From: a bacterium
GTDB lineage: Bacteria; Hydrothermota; UBA3073; JACQXS01; JAGMCI01
Direction of reading: 5' to 3'
DNA length: 64,000 bases
Assembly: GCA_030018315.1 (NCBI GenBank)
Contig: JASEGA010000001.1
Location: forward strand, 12,673 to 76,672
Below, piece after piece: positions 20,907-31,159 of the stretch. Numbering within the stretch: the stretch's first letter is position 1; the number at the start of each line of letters is the position of its first letter. The notes under the pieces are model-generated. The model saw only the letters and a program-made list of their open reading frames with translations. It did no database searches and was not told the origin of the DNA. Made by a program: the position numbers and the translations under genes.

Positions 20907-22783
20907 GAATGCGTAATCAAAAAAACAAACCAATTAAACCCAGTCCCTCTCCGAAGGGGCCGGGTAAACCTACAAAAGTATCTTTTATTGTAGGCATAAT
21001 TTTTTGGGTTCTACTTTTTTTCTTCTTTTTCTCTATTATTTCACTTCAAAAAGGTAAAATAGGTGAATCTATGGAAATTCCCTATTCTACATTTTATACT
21101 GAGGTAGATGCAGGAAATGTAAAGAGTATAGTGATTGCAGGTAAAGATATAAGAGGAGAATTTAAAGAGGCTATTAAGTTAAAAGATAGCAGTTACAAGA
21201 AATTTAAAACTGCCATACCATTTGAGGACCCAAATTTTGTAAATGAACTTGTAAAAAAGGGAGTCATAATAGAGTCAAAATCTTCCTTTAATATATGGAG
21301 TAAGTTTTGGCCTTATCTTCCATTTGTCTTCCTAATTATAATTTGGCTTCTTATTCTTCGTCAAGCTGGTCAGGCTCCTCGTCAAGCACTCTCGTTTGGC
21401 CAGAGTAGGGCAAAACGCTTTTCTGGTGAGAAGCACAAGACTACATTTGATGATGTTGCAGGTGTAGATGAAGCAAAGGCTGAACTTAAAGAGATAGTTG
21501 AGTTTCTCAAGTCGCCACAAAAATTTGAGCGTCTTGGTGCAAAAATTCCAAAAGGTGTAATACTACTCGGCGCTCCTGGAACAGGCAAGACTTTACTTGC
21601 ACGTGCTACTGCGGGAGAGGCAGGTGTTCCATTTTTCTCAATGTCTGGGTCAGATTTTGTTGAACTCTTTGTTGGTGTCGGGGCTTCAAGAGTTAGAGAT
21701 TTATTTGAAAGAGGTAAAAAGAACAAGCCTTGCATCATATTTATTGATGAACTTGATGCAGTGGGCAGACATAGGGGAGCTGGAATTGGAGGTGGGCATG
21801 ATGAGAGGGAGCAAACTTTAAATGCATTACTTGTTGAGATGGATGGCTTTGAAGCAAATGAGGGTATCATAGTGATGGCAGCTACAAATAGACCGGATGT
21901 CCTTGACCCAGCCCTATTGAGACCCGGTAGATTTGACCGCCGTATTGTAGTTGATAGACCAGATTTACGTGGTAGAGAAGAAATCTTTAAAGTCCATACA
22001 AGAAATATTCCTCTTTCAAAAGATATAGACCTTAAGGTTATTGCACGTGCGACTCCTGGTTTTTCTGGTGCTGATATAGCAAATACAGTAAATGAAGCTG
22101 CACTTCTTGCTGCAAAGAAAGGCAGAGATAAGGTATTAATGGAAGATTTTGAGGAAGCGCGTGATAAAGTGCTTATGGGAGTGGAGCGTAGGAGTCTTAT
22201 TATACCTGAGAATGAACGTAAAAATACAGCCTGCCATGAGGCGGGTCATGTTCTTGTTTCTAAATTTATACCAGAAGCTGACCCTATCCATAAAGTTACA
22301 ATTATACCGAGAGGTATGGCGCTGGGACTTACTCAACATCTTCCTATTGATGAGCGTCGTAATTATTCAAGAGAGTATTGTCTTGCCCAGCTTGCTGTTG
22401 CATGTGGTGGAAGAGCGGCTGAACTTATTTTACTCAATACAACGACAACTGGTGCTCGTAACGATATTGAACAAGCAACAGAACTTGCAAGAAAGATGGT
22501 ATGCGAGTGGGGTATGAGTGATGCTATTGGACCATTAGCTTTTGGTGATAGGCGTGAAGAAATATTTCTAGGAAGAGAGATTGCACAACGGCGTGATTAT
22601 TCTGAAGAGACTGCTCGTCTTATAGATAAAGAGATTAATAAATTAGTGAGAGGAGCAGAGGAGAGGGCAAAGTGTATAATTAAGGACCACATTGAAGAGT
22701 TACATAAAATAATAAATAGCCTATTAGAAAAAGAGGTTTTAACTGGCTCTGAGATAGACGACATATTAAATATCAAAAATTAA
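20888..22783 (+). CDS. ftsH: ATP-dependent zinc metalloprotease FtsH
   Basis: AAA Walker [12 protein letters not shown], and HEAGH zinc site, with an N-terminal TM pair. The start could be a few codons downstream. Confidence 0.95.
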   Translation: MGRRDLRMRNQKNKPIKPSPSPKGPGKPTKVSFIVGIIFWVLLFFFFFSIISLQKGKIGESMEIPYSTFYTEVDAGNVKSIVIAGKDIRGEFKEAIKLKDSSYKKFKTAIPFEDPNFVNELVKKGVIIESKSSFNIWSKFWPYLPFVFLIIIWLLILRQAGQAPRQALSFGQSRAKRFSGEKHKTTFDDVAGVDEAKAELKEIVEFLKSPQKFERLGAKIPKGVILLGAPGTGKTLLARATAGEAGVPFFSMSGSDFVELFVGVGASRVRDLFERGKKNKPCIIFIDELDAVGRHRGAGIGGGHDEREQTLNALLVEMDGFEANEGIIVMAATNRPDVLDPALLRPGRFDRRIVVDRPDLRGREEIFKVHTRNIPLSKDIDLKVIARATPGFSGADIANTVNEAALLAAKKGRDKVLMEDFEEARDKVLMGVERRSLIIPENERKNTACHEAGHVLVSKFIPEADPIHKVTIIPRGMALGLTQHLPIDERRNYSREYCLAQLAVACGGRAAELILLNTTTTGARNDIEQATELARKMVCEWGMSDAIGPLAFGDRREEIFLGREIAQRRDYSEETARLIDKEINKLVRGAEERAKCIIKDHIEELHKIINSLLEKEVLTGSEIDDILNIKN

Positions 22784-22815
22784 ATTGTAAAAATCAAAAT
22801 GACAAATCAAAAATT

Positions 22816-22932
22816 AAATACCCAAACCCCAAGAGATAAGATACAAACAACGACCAATAACCAATCACCAAATTGTTTGGGTATTGAAATTTGGAATTTG
22901 TTTGGTTATTGTGTCTTGTATCTTGGTTATTA
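22816..22932. repeat. Long imperfect inverted repeat (about 50-bp arms) between ftsH and folP
   Basis: Left arm aaatacccaaaccccaagagataagatacaaacaacgaccaataaccaatcaccaaatt. Right arm aatttggaatttgtttggttattgtgtcttgtatcttggttatt. The centre is gtttgggtatt. Confidence 0.5.
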
Positions 22933-22978
22933 TCTTTACCATTTTTGCATTTTAACATGTATTTTTGATATTTAATTT

Positions 22979-24190
22979 TTGATATTTGATTTTATTATGG
23001 TGAGACTGCTTGATATTAAGACTGCTAATGAAGCGTCTCGTGAAATCAAGGATATAGGTGCGGATTTAGAGAGTATACCAATTTTAAGCCCAAAATTTGA
23101 ACATATAGTAATTAAAATTGAAAAAGTTAACGGGCCTGCCTGTAATATTTTGAAGCAAGAAGCTCTATCAATTGGGGCAGATTGTGCTATCCCGCGTGCT
23201 GCAATACTTGGAGTCCAAACTCCTATGGAAGCAATCGTAGTTGGTAATCTTAAACAAATCAATATGCTTGCTAATAAGCTAAAAAGTCAGCCTTTTGGGT
23301 TACAAGAAATAGGAAGTGAAATAGAAGCCATTATTAATAAGCGGAATCCGTTTATTCTTAGACTTCGGTTTCATAAACTTGACCTATCCCATCCCCTTAT
23401 TTGTGGCATCTTAAATATAACACCGGATTCATTTTATGATGGCGGCAAGTGGCTTAACCCTTCCTGTGCAGTTGATAGAGCCCATAAACTATTAGAAGAA
23501 GGTGCAGACCTCATCGATATTGGAGGTGAATCAACAAGACCGGGTGCAGAGCCTCTGTCTGCTAAAGATGAGTTACATAGAGTTATTCCTGTACTTGAGC
23601 GTTTAAATCTACCAATTCCAATCTCAATTGATACTTACAAGTCTTGTGTAGCAAAAGAAGCTCTTGATGCGGGTTGTGAGCTTGTTAACGATGTCTCTGG
23701 TTTACGATACGATTCAGAGATGCCAAAAGTGATAGTAGACTACGATGCAGGCTGTGTAATTATGCATATGAAAGGTACCCCAAAGACTATGCAGATAAAT
23801 CCTATTTATGATAATAATGATGTTATAGGTGAGATAATACAGTTCTTAAGTGAAAGTATAGAGATTGCTAAGAAATCGGGTATAAATGATGACTCACTCC
23901 TTATAGACCCTGGTATTGGATTTGGTAAGCGTAACCCAGAAGATAACTTACTTATTCTACGTAAACTCAGTGAATTCAAGACTCTTAGAAAGCCAATTCT
24001 TGTAGGTGTATCAAGGAAATCATTTATTGGAAAAGTCCTTGATGTACCACTTGATGATAGATTAGAGGGGTCTCTTGCAGCATCGGTTATAGCAGTGATG
24101 AACGGTGCAAATATCATACGGACACATGATGTACTTGCCACAAAGAGAGCTGTGAAAATGGCAGATGCCATCTTAGGTTGTGAATGCTAA
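22979..24190 (+). CDS. folP: Dihydropteroate synthase with about 130-aa N-terminal extension
   Basis: ICGILNITPDSFYDGG and the downstream Pterin_bind motifs. The N-terminal 130 aa has no recognised motif. Confidence 0.85.
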   Translation: MIFDFIMVRLLDIKTANEASREIKDIGADLESIPILSPKFEHIVIKIEKVNGPACNILKQEALSIGADCAIPRAAILGVQTPMEAIVVGNLKQINMLANKLKSQPFGLQEIGSEIEAIINKRNPFILRLRFHKLDLSHPLICGILNITPDSFYDGGKWLNPSCAVDRAHKLLEEGADLIDIGGESTRPGAEPLSAKDELHRVIPVLERLNLPIPISIDTYKSCVAKEALDAGCELVNDVSGLRYDSEMPKVIVDYDAGCVIMHMKGTPKTMQINPIYDNNDVIGEIIQFLSESIEIAKKSGINDDSLLIDPGIGFGKRNPEDNLLILRKLSEFKTLRKPILVGVSRKSFIGKVLDVPLDDRLEGSLAASVIAVMNGANIIRTHDVLATKRAVKMADAILGCEC

Positions 24191-24200
24191 ATTCTAAATT

Positions 24201-24599
24201 ATGAGTGCTAAATTGGAGAAAAACATAATTAAAGAGAAAGTATATAAATTTGCTTTGCATGTTATTAATATTAAATTTGTAAATTCCTTGCCCAAAAACA
24301 TGGCAATCCCCATTCTTGGTGGACAACTTCTTCATGCAAGTACTTCTGTGGGAGCAAATGTAGAAGAGGCATTGGGTGCGGATAGCAAGAAGGACTTTTC
24401 TTATAAAATGAGCATTTAAAATGAGCATTGCTAAAAGAGAAGCGCGTGAGAGCAAGTATTGGCTTGAGTTGATAACTGACTCAAAATTAGCAAAAAGAGA
24501 TAATGACTTAATTAGGGAAGCAAGCGAGTTAGTGAGTATCTTACCGAGTATTGTTAAGACTTCGCAAAGGAACACAGAACATCGAGCTAGGGGTAACTA
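24201..24599 (+). pseudogene. Four-helix-bundle protein (23S rRNA intervening-sequence protein family) disrupted by a 13-bp tandem duplication (24405-24430)
   Basis: ..YKFALHVINI..LPKNMAIPILGGQLLHASTSVGANVEEALGADSKKDFSYKMSI*, then in the +1 frame MSIAKREARESKYWLELITDSKL... The sequence aaaatgagcattt is directly repeated. Confidence 0.6.
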
Positions 24600-24626
24600 A
24601 TTTAGCATTTAGAATTAAGAATTTTT

Positions 24627-25373
24627 TTGAAAGCTATGGGGTTCATTAAATTCAGATTCATAGATGGGCTGGATATTGTAGTAGTAACTTTAATTATTTA
24701 TTATTTTCTTTCCTTCATAAAAGGGACAAAGGCAATCCAGATGATAATAGGGCTCCTCAGTCTACTTCTTTTAGGTCTATTTGCTGACTTTTTTAAACTT
24801 GAAACCCTTTCTTTTATCACCAAAGGATTTAGTGCAGTCTGGATAATAGTCTTCGTTATCCTATTCCAGCCGGAGTTAAGGAATGCACTTGCAAGAATTG
24901 GTAGGACGAAGATTGGCAAATTCTTTACTAAAGAAAAAAATGTAATAATGGATGAACTTGTAAGTGCATTATTCACATTATCTAAAAATAAGCACGGTTG
25001 TATAATAGCTATTGAGCGAGATACTCCACTCAAAAGTTATATGGATACGGGGCGTATAATTGAGGCAAAGCTATCAAGTGAACTCATAACAACCATATTT
25101 AGTCCACATTCGTCACTCCATGATGGTGCAGTTGTTATTAAAGAAGATACAATAGTAGCAGCTGCTTGTATTCTTCCACTTTCAGAGAAGTCACTTAACA
25201 CTACAATTGGGACACGCCATCGTGCAGCCCTCGGGCTATCAGAGGAGACAGATGCTTTATGTATAATTGTTTCAGAAGAGACTGGTAAAATAAGCTTTGC
25301 AACTGGTGGTAATCTTACAATGAATATTCCAGAAAATGAGCTTAAAAGTAGACTTTTAAAGGAGCTTGGCTAA
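24627..25373 (+). CDS. cdaA: Diadenylate cyclase CdaA (c-di-AMP synthase), membrane-anchored
   Basis: 3 TM segments followed by a DAC domain: DGAVVI, TRHRAALGLSEETDALCIIVSEETGKISFA. Confidence 0.8.
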   Translation: MKAMGFIKFRFIDGLDIVVVTLIIYYFLSFIKGTKAIQMIIGLLSLLLLGLFADFFKLETLSFITKGFSAVWIIVFVILFQPELRNALARIGRTKIGKFFTKEKNVIMDELVSALFTLSKNKHGCIIAIERDTPLKSYMDTGRIIEAKLSSELITTIFSPHSSLHDGAVVIKEDTIVAAACILPLSEKSLNTTIGTRHRAALGLSEETDALCIIVSEETGKISFATGGNLTMNIPENELKSRLLKELG

Positions 25374-25390
25374 TTAGCGAGGCTAAAGCC

Positions 25391-28174
25391 TTGCGATACA
25401 TTATGAGTAAAAGAGGGTATTTATATGGGTTTATTATTATATTTGTAATAGCTTTTTGTGTATACCTTTATACAGTGGAACCAAGTCTATCATTTTGGGA
25501 TTGTGGTGAATTCATTGCATGTGGTTATTCACTTGGTGTTCCACACCCACCAGGTACTCCCCTATACACCCTTATCTGCCGTATATTTAGTCTGATTCCA
25601 TTTGGACGTGAGATAGGATTTAGGGTAAATATGAGTTCAGTGATTACCAGTGCCTTTGTTGCCGTTTTTATCTGGCTATTGATAATTAAAATAATAGAAA
25701 GAGCTAAGAAAATTGATACAAATAAAGATAAAGTTATTGCCTGGTTAAGTGGAGCTGTAGGCGCATTTATAGCCGCCTTCTCATATACTTGCTGGTGGGA
25801 TTCAGTTGAAACTGAGGTATATAGATTAGCAACACTTATACTTTTACTTTGCCTATTTTTGATATTGAAATGGGATGAAAACATTAAAAGCAAAGAGCAT
25901 AAAAAATATCTATTAATCATTGCTTATTTACTAACACTTTCTTGTGGAATTCAATTAATCCCTTTACTTGCAGTTCCCGGGATACTACTATTTGCATTTT
26001 TAAAGAATCGTGAGGGGCTTAATGATTGGGATATTTTTCGTTTCATAGCTTTAGTAATACCATTTTTTGTCCTTTCTGTTGGTGTTCCACTTCCTTTAGT
26101 TGGTGTAATTACAATCTGTATAATTGGGTTCATAATCTTTAGCTATCGTAAAGCAGCATTTGATGGCAAATTCATAGGAATTGTCCTTTTCTTACTTGTT
26201 ATTGGATTTACGACTTACGCTTATCTTATAATAAGAGCGCGCCAAAATCCTGGTATAAATGAAGTAGCTCCAACTACTATTAATAAGTTATGGGATGTAT
26301 TCACAAGGAAGCAATACGGACCGGACAAGGTGTTAGCCGTCTTCATAAGGGAGACTGCAACAAAAGAGAATGGTTACAATTTCTTTCAAGCCTTCTTTGA
26401 GCAAATTAGGTTCTTCACTACCTATCTAATCTGGCAATGGATGCCGTATCCGAGAGAAGTAAGGTGGGAAGGTGCGGTAGTATCAAACTTTACAAAGATT
26501 GGCTCCATAGCTATTAATACTATTTTTATCTGTCTTGGCTTATTTGGAATCTATGCTCATTACAAAAGGGAGAAGAAAACATTTTTACCACTATTTATAA
26601 CATTTTTTATGGTCACCATTGCACTTGTATTTTATATGAATTTTAAATTCTCACCATCTGACCCAAATCCACTTCATAGACCGACAGAGGTGAGAGAACG
26701 GCATTACTTCTTTGACCCCGCCTTTGCATTATTTGGGCTATATATTGGACTTGGGGTATGGGAACTACTTTCACGAATTAGATATGGCTGGCAGGCTATA
26801 GCGCCACTTTTTGCGATAGTGGCTTTTGTTCCAATTGCAGGTAATTTCAACTCACACGTCAATCGTCGTGGTCTATGGGTAGCAGACGATTATGGCTACA
26901 ATATGCTTATGTCATGTGACGATGGTGCGACAGTGTTTACAAATGGGGATAATGACACTTTTCCATTGTGGTTTGCACAAGAAGTGAAGCATACAAAACC
27001 AACTGTGAAGGTTGCTAACTTATCTCTATTAAATACAGAGTGGTACATAAAACAGTTGAAGAGTTGGGGAGTTCCAATCTCATTTACAGACTATGAGATT
27101 GATAACCTTATGCCACTCCCTATGATGAAGGATGGTAAACCTGACCGCAGTCGCTTCCTTTTAGTAAAAGATTTTGGTGTTAGAGATATAATAGCTACAA
27201 ATGGGGGCTATAAGTTTGAGCGTAAAGTATTTTTACCTATAAAAAGAGAAACTTTACCAAAAGAATACAGAAACAGATTCCCTAAAAATATGGAAGTTAT
27301 TCCTCCAAACTACTACGCACGTAGGCTGCCAAGCGACTACTGGGTAAGACTTCCGGAGGAATACTTTTTACCCCCTAATGAATTTGCTAATCTTGTATTA
27401 AAAGATTATAAACCTAATAGTCCGGTATATTTTGCAGTTACATGTTCAAGAGACAACACAGCTGGATTTGAGCCCTACCTTTGTATGGAAGGGCTTGTGC
27501 GTAGAGTAACTGCAGGCGGGGCAGAATTTGACATATGGAAGTCAGATTCACTATTAAATAAGGTTTACAGGTATCGTTCTATATTTGACCCAAAAGTATA
27601 TAAAGATGAAAATATAAAAAAGCTACTAACTAATTATTCAGCTGCCTACTTTGCTCTTGGGATGGCATATAAGGAAAAAGGTAGAATAGATAAAGCCATA
27701 GAGGCTTTTGAGTGTGGCAAGCGGTTCAAGACTGGTGAAACCCTTCTTCCATTTGCTTACCAACTTGCAGCTCTTTATGAAGTTATGGGAGAACACGAGA
27801 AAGCAGAATCTAATCTCAGCGAAATTCCTGAGGAGTCAAGAGGAGCTTCTGTGTGGTATGCATTAGGTGAATTTTACATAAGGAATAAGGATATAAAGAA
27901 AGCAGAATCTTCATTTATGAAGGCAATTGAGTCAGATTCAAATGACCCATCCGGGTATACAGGTCTTATTAAGCTTTACTACACTCAGCAAGATACTTAT
28001 AGACTTCGTAAGTTATTTGAAAAATGTGCCCTTGACCCTAACCTCACGGGGAGGATTGTATCCATTTTTAGATTTGAGCGTGAAAATAAGCTTGCAGCCC
28101 TCATATTAGAGAACTGGCTTTCTTATCATCCACAAGACTCTATTGCTCGTGGTATGCTTAATGAATTACGGTGA
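25391..28174 (+). CDS. Large polytopic membrane protein, DUF2723 (TMEM260-like glycosyltransferase-fold) with C-terminal TPR repeats
   Basis: N-terminus WDCGEFIACGYSLGVPHPPGTPLY, at least 10 TM segments, TPRs at the C-terminus. Confidence 0.65.
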   Translation: MRYIMSKRGYLYGFIIIFVIAFCVYLYTVEPSLSFWDCGEFIACGYSLGVPHPPGTPLYTLICRIFSLIPFGREIGFRVNMSSVITSAFVAVFIWLLIIKIIERAKKIDTNKDKVIAWLSGAVGAFIAAFSYTCWWDSVETEVYRLATLILLLCLFLILKWDENIKSKEHKKYLLIIAYLLTLSCGIQLIPLLAVPGILLFAFLKNREGLNDWDIFRFIALVIPFFVLSVGVPLPLVGVITICIIGFIIFSYRKAAFDGKFIGIVLFLLVIGFTTYAYLIIRARQNPGINEVAPTTINKLWDVFTRKQYGPDKVLAVFIRETATKENGYNFFQAFFEQIRFFTTYLIWQWMPYPREVRWEGAVVSNFTKIGSIAINTIFICLGLFGIYAHYKREKKTFLPLFITFFMVTIALVFYMNFKFSPSDPNPLHRPTEVRERHYFFDPAFALFGLYIGLGVWELLSRIRYGWQAIAPLFAIVAFVPIAGNFNSHVNRRGLWVADDYGYNMLMSCDDGATVFTNGDNDTFPLWFAQEVKHTKPTVKVANLSLLNTEWYIKQLKSWGVPISFTDYEIDNLMPLPMMKDGKPDRSRFLLVKDFGVRDIIATNGGYKFERKVFLPIKRETLPKEYRNRFPKNMEVIPPNYYARRLPSDYWVRLPEEYFLPPNEFANLVLKDYKPNSPVYFAVTCSRDNTAGFEPYLCMEGLVRRVTAGGAEFDIWKSDSLLNKVYRYRSIFDPKVYKDENIKKLLTNYSAAYFALGMAYKEKGRIDKAIEAFECGKRFKTGETLLPFAYQLAALYEVMGEHEKAESNLSEIPEESRGASVWYALGEFYIRNKDIKKAESSFMKAIESDSNDPSGYTGLIKLYYTQQDTYRLRKLFEKCALDPNLTGRIVSIFRFERENKLAALILENWLSYHPQDSIARGMLNELR

Positions 28175-28244
28175 GTGTAGCTCAATTGGTTAGAGCACTG
28201 GACTGTGGATCCAGTTGTTGGGGGTTCGAGTCCCCTCACTCACC
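28170..28244 (+). tRNA. tRNA-His (anticodon GUG) with G-1. Overlaps the stop codon of the upstream CDS.
   Basis: The extra 5' G pairs with C73. Anticodon stem is ctgga/tccag with loop ctGTGga. T-arm is GGTTCGAGTCC. Confidence 0.8.
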
Positions 28245-28289
28245 CAGTTTTTTCTTGACAATGAATAAAAATGGGGTAATATTTTAGAA

Positions 28290-28955
28290 ATGTTATATTT
28301 TATACTTTTTGTTTTCCTTTTAGCAGATTTAAAAGTTTATACTGTAACAAAAACGATTAACTCTCCTTTAACTACCAAAGAAACGCTTAAAGGAAAGAAT
28401 ATACTTATGGTGATTGCACATAATAATTTCCGTGACGATGAATATCAGATTCCAAGAGAGTTTTTTGAAGACTTGGGTGCTAAATTAGTTGTTGCCTCAT
28501 CTGATACTACTCCTGCAATAGGTATGTTTAAGCTCAAAGTAAAGCCTGATATTCTTTTAACCCAAGTTACTATAGCTGATTTTGACGCTTTAGTCTTTGT
28601 TGGTGGCTCAGGTATTACAGAGTACTGGGATAGCAAAGAAGTTCACACTCTTGTTGACATTGCATTTAAGAGTAATAAAGTTGTAGGAGCTATATGCATA
28701 GCACCGATTATTCTTGCAAGAGCTGGTATCTTAAAAGGTAAAAAGGCAACTGTTTGGGAAAGTGTAGAGACAAAGCGCATTTTTAATGAAGAGGGAGTGA
28801 AATACACAAGATTGCCAGTTGTAACGAGTGGCAATATTGTGACTGCAAATGGACCTCAGGCTGCGAAGTTATTTACAGAGTCAATTGTAAATCTTTTGAT
28901 AAAGGGAAATGAGGGTTGTAGTTCAAAGAGTAAAGAGGGCAAGTTGCGAGATTAA
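28290..28955 (+). CDS. DJ-1/PfpI-family protein with N-terminal signal/anchor
   Basis: The motif VFVGGSG..VVGAICIAP is DJ-1/PfpI-like. A TTGACA-17-AATATT promoter lies upstream (28255-28283). Confidence 0.6.
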   Translation: MLYFILFVFLLADLKVYTVTKTINSPLTTKETLKGKNILMVIAHNNFRDDEYQIPREFFEDLGAKLVVASSDTTPAIGMFKLKVKPDILLTQVTIADFDALVFVGGSGITEYWDSKEVHTLVDIAFKSNKVVGAICIAPIILARAGILKGKKATVWESVETKRIFNEEGVKYTRLPVVTSGNIVTANGPQAAKLFTESIVNLLIKGNEGCSSKSKEGKLRD

Positions 28956-29349
28956 TGAAGAAATTATCTCTCAAATTGGGAGTGGGTTTTTAATCCTTAT
29001 TGGAGTAGAAAAGGGTGACAAGCCTCAATCTGCTAAATACTTGGCTCATAAATGTGCTAATTTACGTATCTTTGAAGATTCATATGGAAAAATGAACCTC
29101 TCTCTAAAGGAGATAAAAGGGGGTGAGGTTCTTGTAATTTCTCAATTTACTTTATGTGCTGACTGTAAAAAGGGATTAAGACCAAGTTTTGATTATGCTT
29201 CTTCTCCAGATCAAGCAATCGCCCTTTATAAAAAGTTTATAGAATTCCTTCGTTCTGAAGGCGTTACAGTTAAAGAGGGTGTGTTCGGTGAGAGAATGTC
29301 TATCTCACTTATAAACGAGGGTCCGGTTACCTTTATTTTATCAACATAA
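28909..29349 (+). CDS. dtd: D-aminoacyl-tRNA deacylase
   Basis: MRVVVQRVKRASCEI..GFLILIGVEKGD..SQFTL..GPVTF matches Dtd throughout. Confidence 0.85.
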   Translation: MRVVVQRVKRASCEINEEIISQIGSGFLILIGVEKGDKPQSAKYLAHKCANLRIFEDSYGKMNLSLKEIKGGEVLVISQFTLCADCKKGLRPSFDYASSPDQAIALYKKFIEFLRSEGVTVKEGVFGERMSISLINEGPVTFILST

Positions 29350-29351
29350 AT

Positions 29352-29388
29352 TGTAGATTGCTTTGCTGTCGCTCGCAATGACAGAGGG
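29352..29388 (+). repeat. Family-B dispersed repeat (tgtagattgctttgctgtcgctcgcaatgacag) immediately 3' of dtd
   Basis: Read directly. Near-identical to the copy at 30231. Confidence 0.75.
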
Positions 29389-29394
29389 AGGGCA

Positions 29395-30216
29395 ATGATC
29401 CAGTCTATGACTGGCTATGGGGAGGCTACCTATAGCCACATTCATTGTGAGCTAAAGGCTCTAAATCATAGATTTTTTGATGCAACTCTCAGCATTCCTA
29501 CAAGTCTCTCTTGTTATGAATTTAAAATAATAACTTTATTAAAAGAGCGTATCAAAAGGGGGGCAGTCTTTTTAAAAATTTTTGTAGAGGAGACTCATAT
29601 TAAGCTTGACATTAAACGAGCTAAGGCGTATTATGATTTTATTAATAATTTAAAACTCTCTCTTGGGTTAGAGGAGAGCTCTATCCCAATTGACCTTTTT
29701 CTCAATTTTACAAAACAAGAAGCTCCTCCGTGGAGTGTAGTTAAAAAGGTTATAAACTCTTGTATTGACTGTTTAATTGAGTCAAGATTAGAGGAGGGTA
29801 AGAAATTGTTGTCAGATATTGAAACACATTTTAAAAAGATAAATAAATTGCTTCAAGTAATCGATCAGCGTGTCCCAAAACAAAAAGAGAGAAGGGAACA
29901 GTTTCTGAAAAGGATAACTCCTCTTATAAAAGATGGACTTGATGAGCACAAAATTGACGAAGAGTTTGCTTTCTTACTTATGAAAGAGGATTTCAACGAA
30001 GAGCAATCAAGATTAAAAGCCCATTTTAAGAAGTTCAAAAACATACTGTATAGTAAGAGACCTTCTGGCAAATATCTTGTGTTTCTCATTCAGGAGATGC
30101 AACGTGAGGCAAACACTATTTCTGCTAAAGTCAAGGATGTTGGTGTTTCTCAAGTTGTAGTAGAACTCAAAAAAGAACTTGAAGACTTAAGAGAGCAGGC
30201 TGAAAATGTATCATAG
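29395..30216 (+). CDS. yicC: YicC-family stress-induced protein
   Basis: MIQSMTGYGEA N-terminus and a DUF1732 C-terminus. Confidence 0.75.
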   Translation: MIQSMTGYGEATYSHIHCELKALNHRFFDATLSIPTSLSCYEFKIITLLKERIKRGAVFLKIFVEETHIKLDIKRAKAYYDFINNLKLSLGLEESSIPIDLFLNFTKQEAPPWSVVKKVINSCIDCLIESRLEEGKKLLSDIETHFKKINKLLQVIDQRVPKQKERREQFLKRITPLIKDGLDEHKIDEEFAFLLMKEDFNEEQSRLKAHFKKFKNILYSKRPSGKYLVFLIQEMQREANTISAKVKDVGVSQVVVELKKELEDLREQAENVS

Positions 30217-30230
30217 ATTTAGACTGAATG

Positions 30231-30266
30231 TAGATTGCTTTGCTGTCGCTCGCAATGACAGTGGGG
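30231..30266 (+). repeat. Family-B dispersed repeat immediately 3' of yicC
   Basis: atgtagattgctttgctgtcgctcgcaatgacagtgggg. Confidence 0.75.
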
Positions 30267-30330
30267 TAACTTATTTCGTTTTGGGCAACCACAATACCTG
30301 CCCCTACAATCAGTTCACATTAATGATAAA

Positions 30331-30942
30331 ATGTTAGGTAAAGTTACCCCATTTCCAATAGTTCTTACTGCACCCTCAGGCACAGGAAAGACAACGATAT
30401 GCAGGTGTATACTTAAAAAGAGTCCTCAAATTAGATATTCTATATCTGCTACTACTCGCAAGCCGAGGGATGGTGAAGTTGACAAGAAGGACTACTATTT
30501 TATTTCTAAGTCTACATTTAAGGATTGGATAAAAAGGGGCAAATTTTATGAGTGGGCTCAAGTTTACGGTGACCTTTACGGCACTCCAAAAGAGCCATTG
30601 CTCCAATATTTAAATACTGGTCATCATGTGCTGCTTACTTTAGATATTCAAGGTGCAAGAAGCATAAAGATGGCCTATCCGCTGTCAGTTTGTATTTTTA
30701 TTTTGCCACCCTCTATATCCGAACTTAAAGTGAGATTACTTAAGCGTGATAAGGATTCGTTCAAAGTAATTGGTGAGAGATTAAAAGCAGCTACAGCAGA
30801 ATTACATTACGCAAGTGAATTTGATTATGTTGTTGTAAATGAAAGTCTTGGGACAACAGTGAACAAGATTATGGCAATAATAGTAGCAGAGGAATGTAGC
30901 TTTAAGAGATTATATGAAAAAGCAGAAAAAAGACAAAAATAA
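30331..30942 (+). CDS. gmk: Guanylate kinase
   Basis: P-loop SGTGKTT and the GMP-binding motifs. Confidence 0.85.
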   Translation: MLGKVTPFPIVLTAPSGTGKTTICRCILKKSPQIRYSISATTRKPRDGEVDKKDYYFISKSTFKDWIKRGKFYEWAQVYGDLYGTPKEPLLQYLNTGHHVLLTLDIQGARSIKMAYPLSVCIFILPPSISELKVRLLKRDKDSFKVIGERLKAATAELHYASEFDYVVVNESLGTTVNKIMAIIVAEECSFKRLYEKAEKRQK

Positions 30943-31159
30943 AAAAGATAGAGCTTATTATCTTCCAATAGAAGATATTTGGAACAGATACGGCAATAAA
31001 TATGAGGCAATAACTAAGATAGTTGAAGAGGTGAAGCGGGTTTTAGAAATAAAAAGCGAAGGTGATAGTGATATAAGTGATATAGTTGTTAAAGTACTTA
31101 AAGATTTAGTTAAAAGTGAGACAAGAGATGAAAAAAATAGTTCTGGGAGTAACAGGTAG
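30914..31159 (+). CDS. rpoZ: DNA-directed RNA polymerase subunit omega (probable)
   Basis: Sits in the conserved gmk-rpoZ-coaBC position. Small basic protein with an N.YE...KIVEEVKR motif. Confidence 0.5.
   Translation: MKKQKKDKNKKDRAYYLPIEDIWNRYGNKYEAITKIVEEVKRVLEIKSEGDSDISDIVVKVLKDLVKSETRDEKNSSGSNR

Noticed and set aside
21382-21870. 162-aa minus-strand ORF inside ftsH, plus similar antisense ORFs inside gyrA, valS, DHPS, rnfC and others
   Set aside because: They lie wholly within conserved genes on the opposite strand, are low-complexity Ser/Pro/Leu-rich, and have no RBS. These are standard antisense artefacts.
17764-24599. Alternative genetic code or stop-codon reassignment suggested by in-frame TAA/TAG in the ERCC4 and four-helix-bundle genes
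   Set aside because: TAA, TAG and TGA all terminate well-conserved genes at the expected positions (gyrA, ftsH, valS, dnaB and others). The lesions are local and accompanied by frameshifts or duplications, so pseudogenes or assembly errors are more likely.
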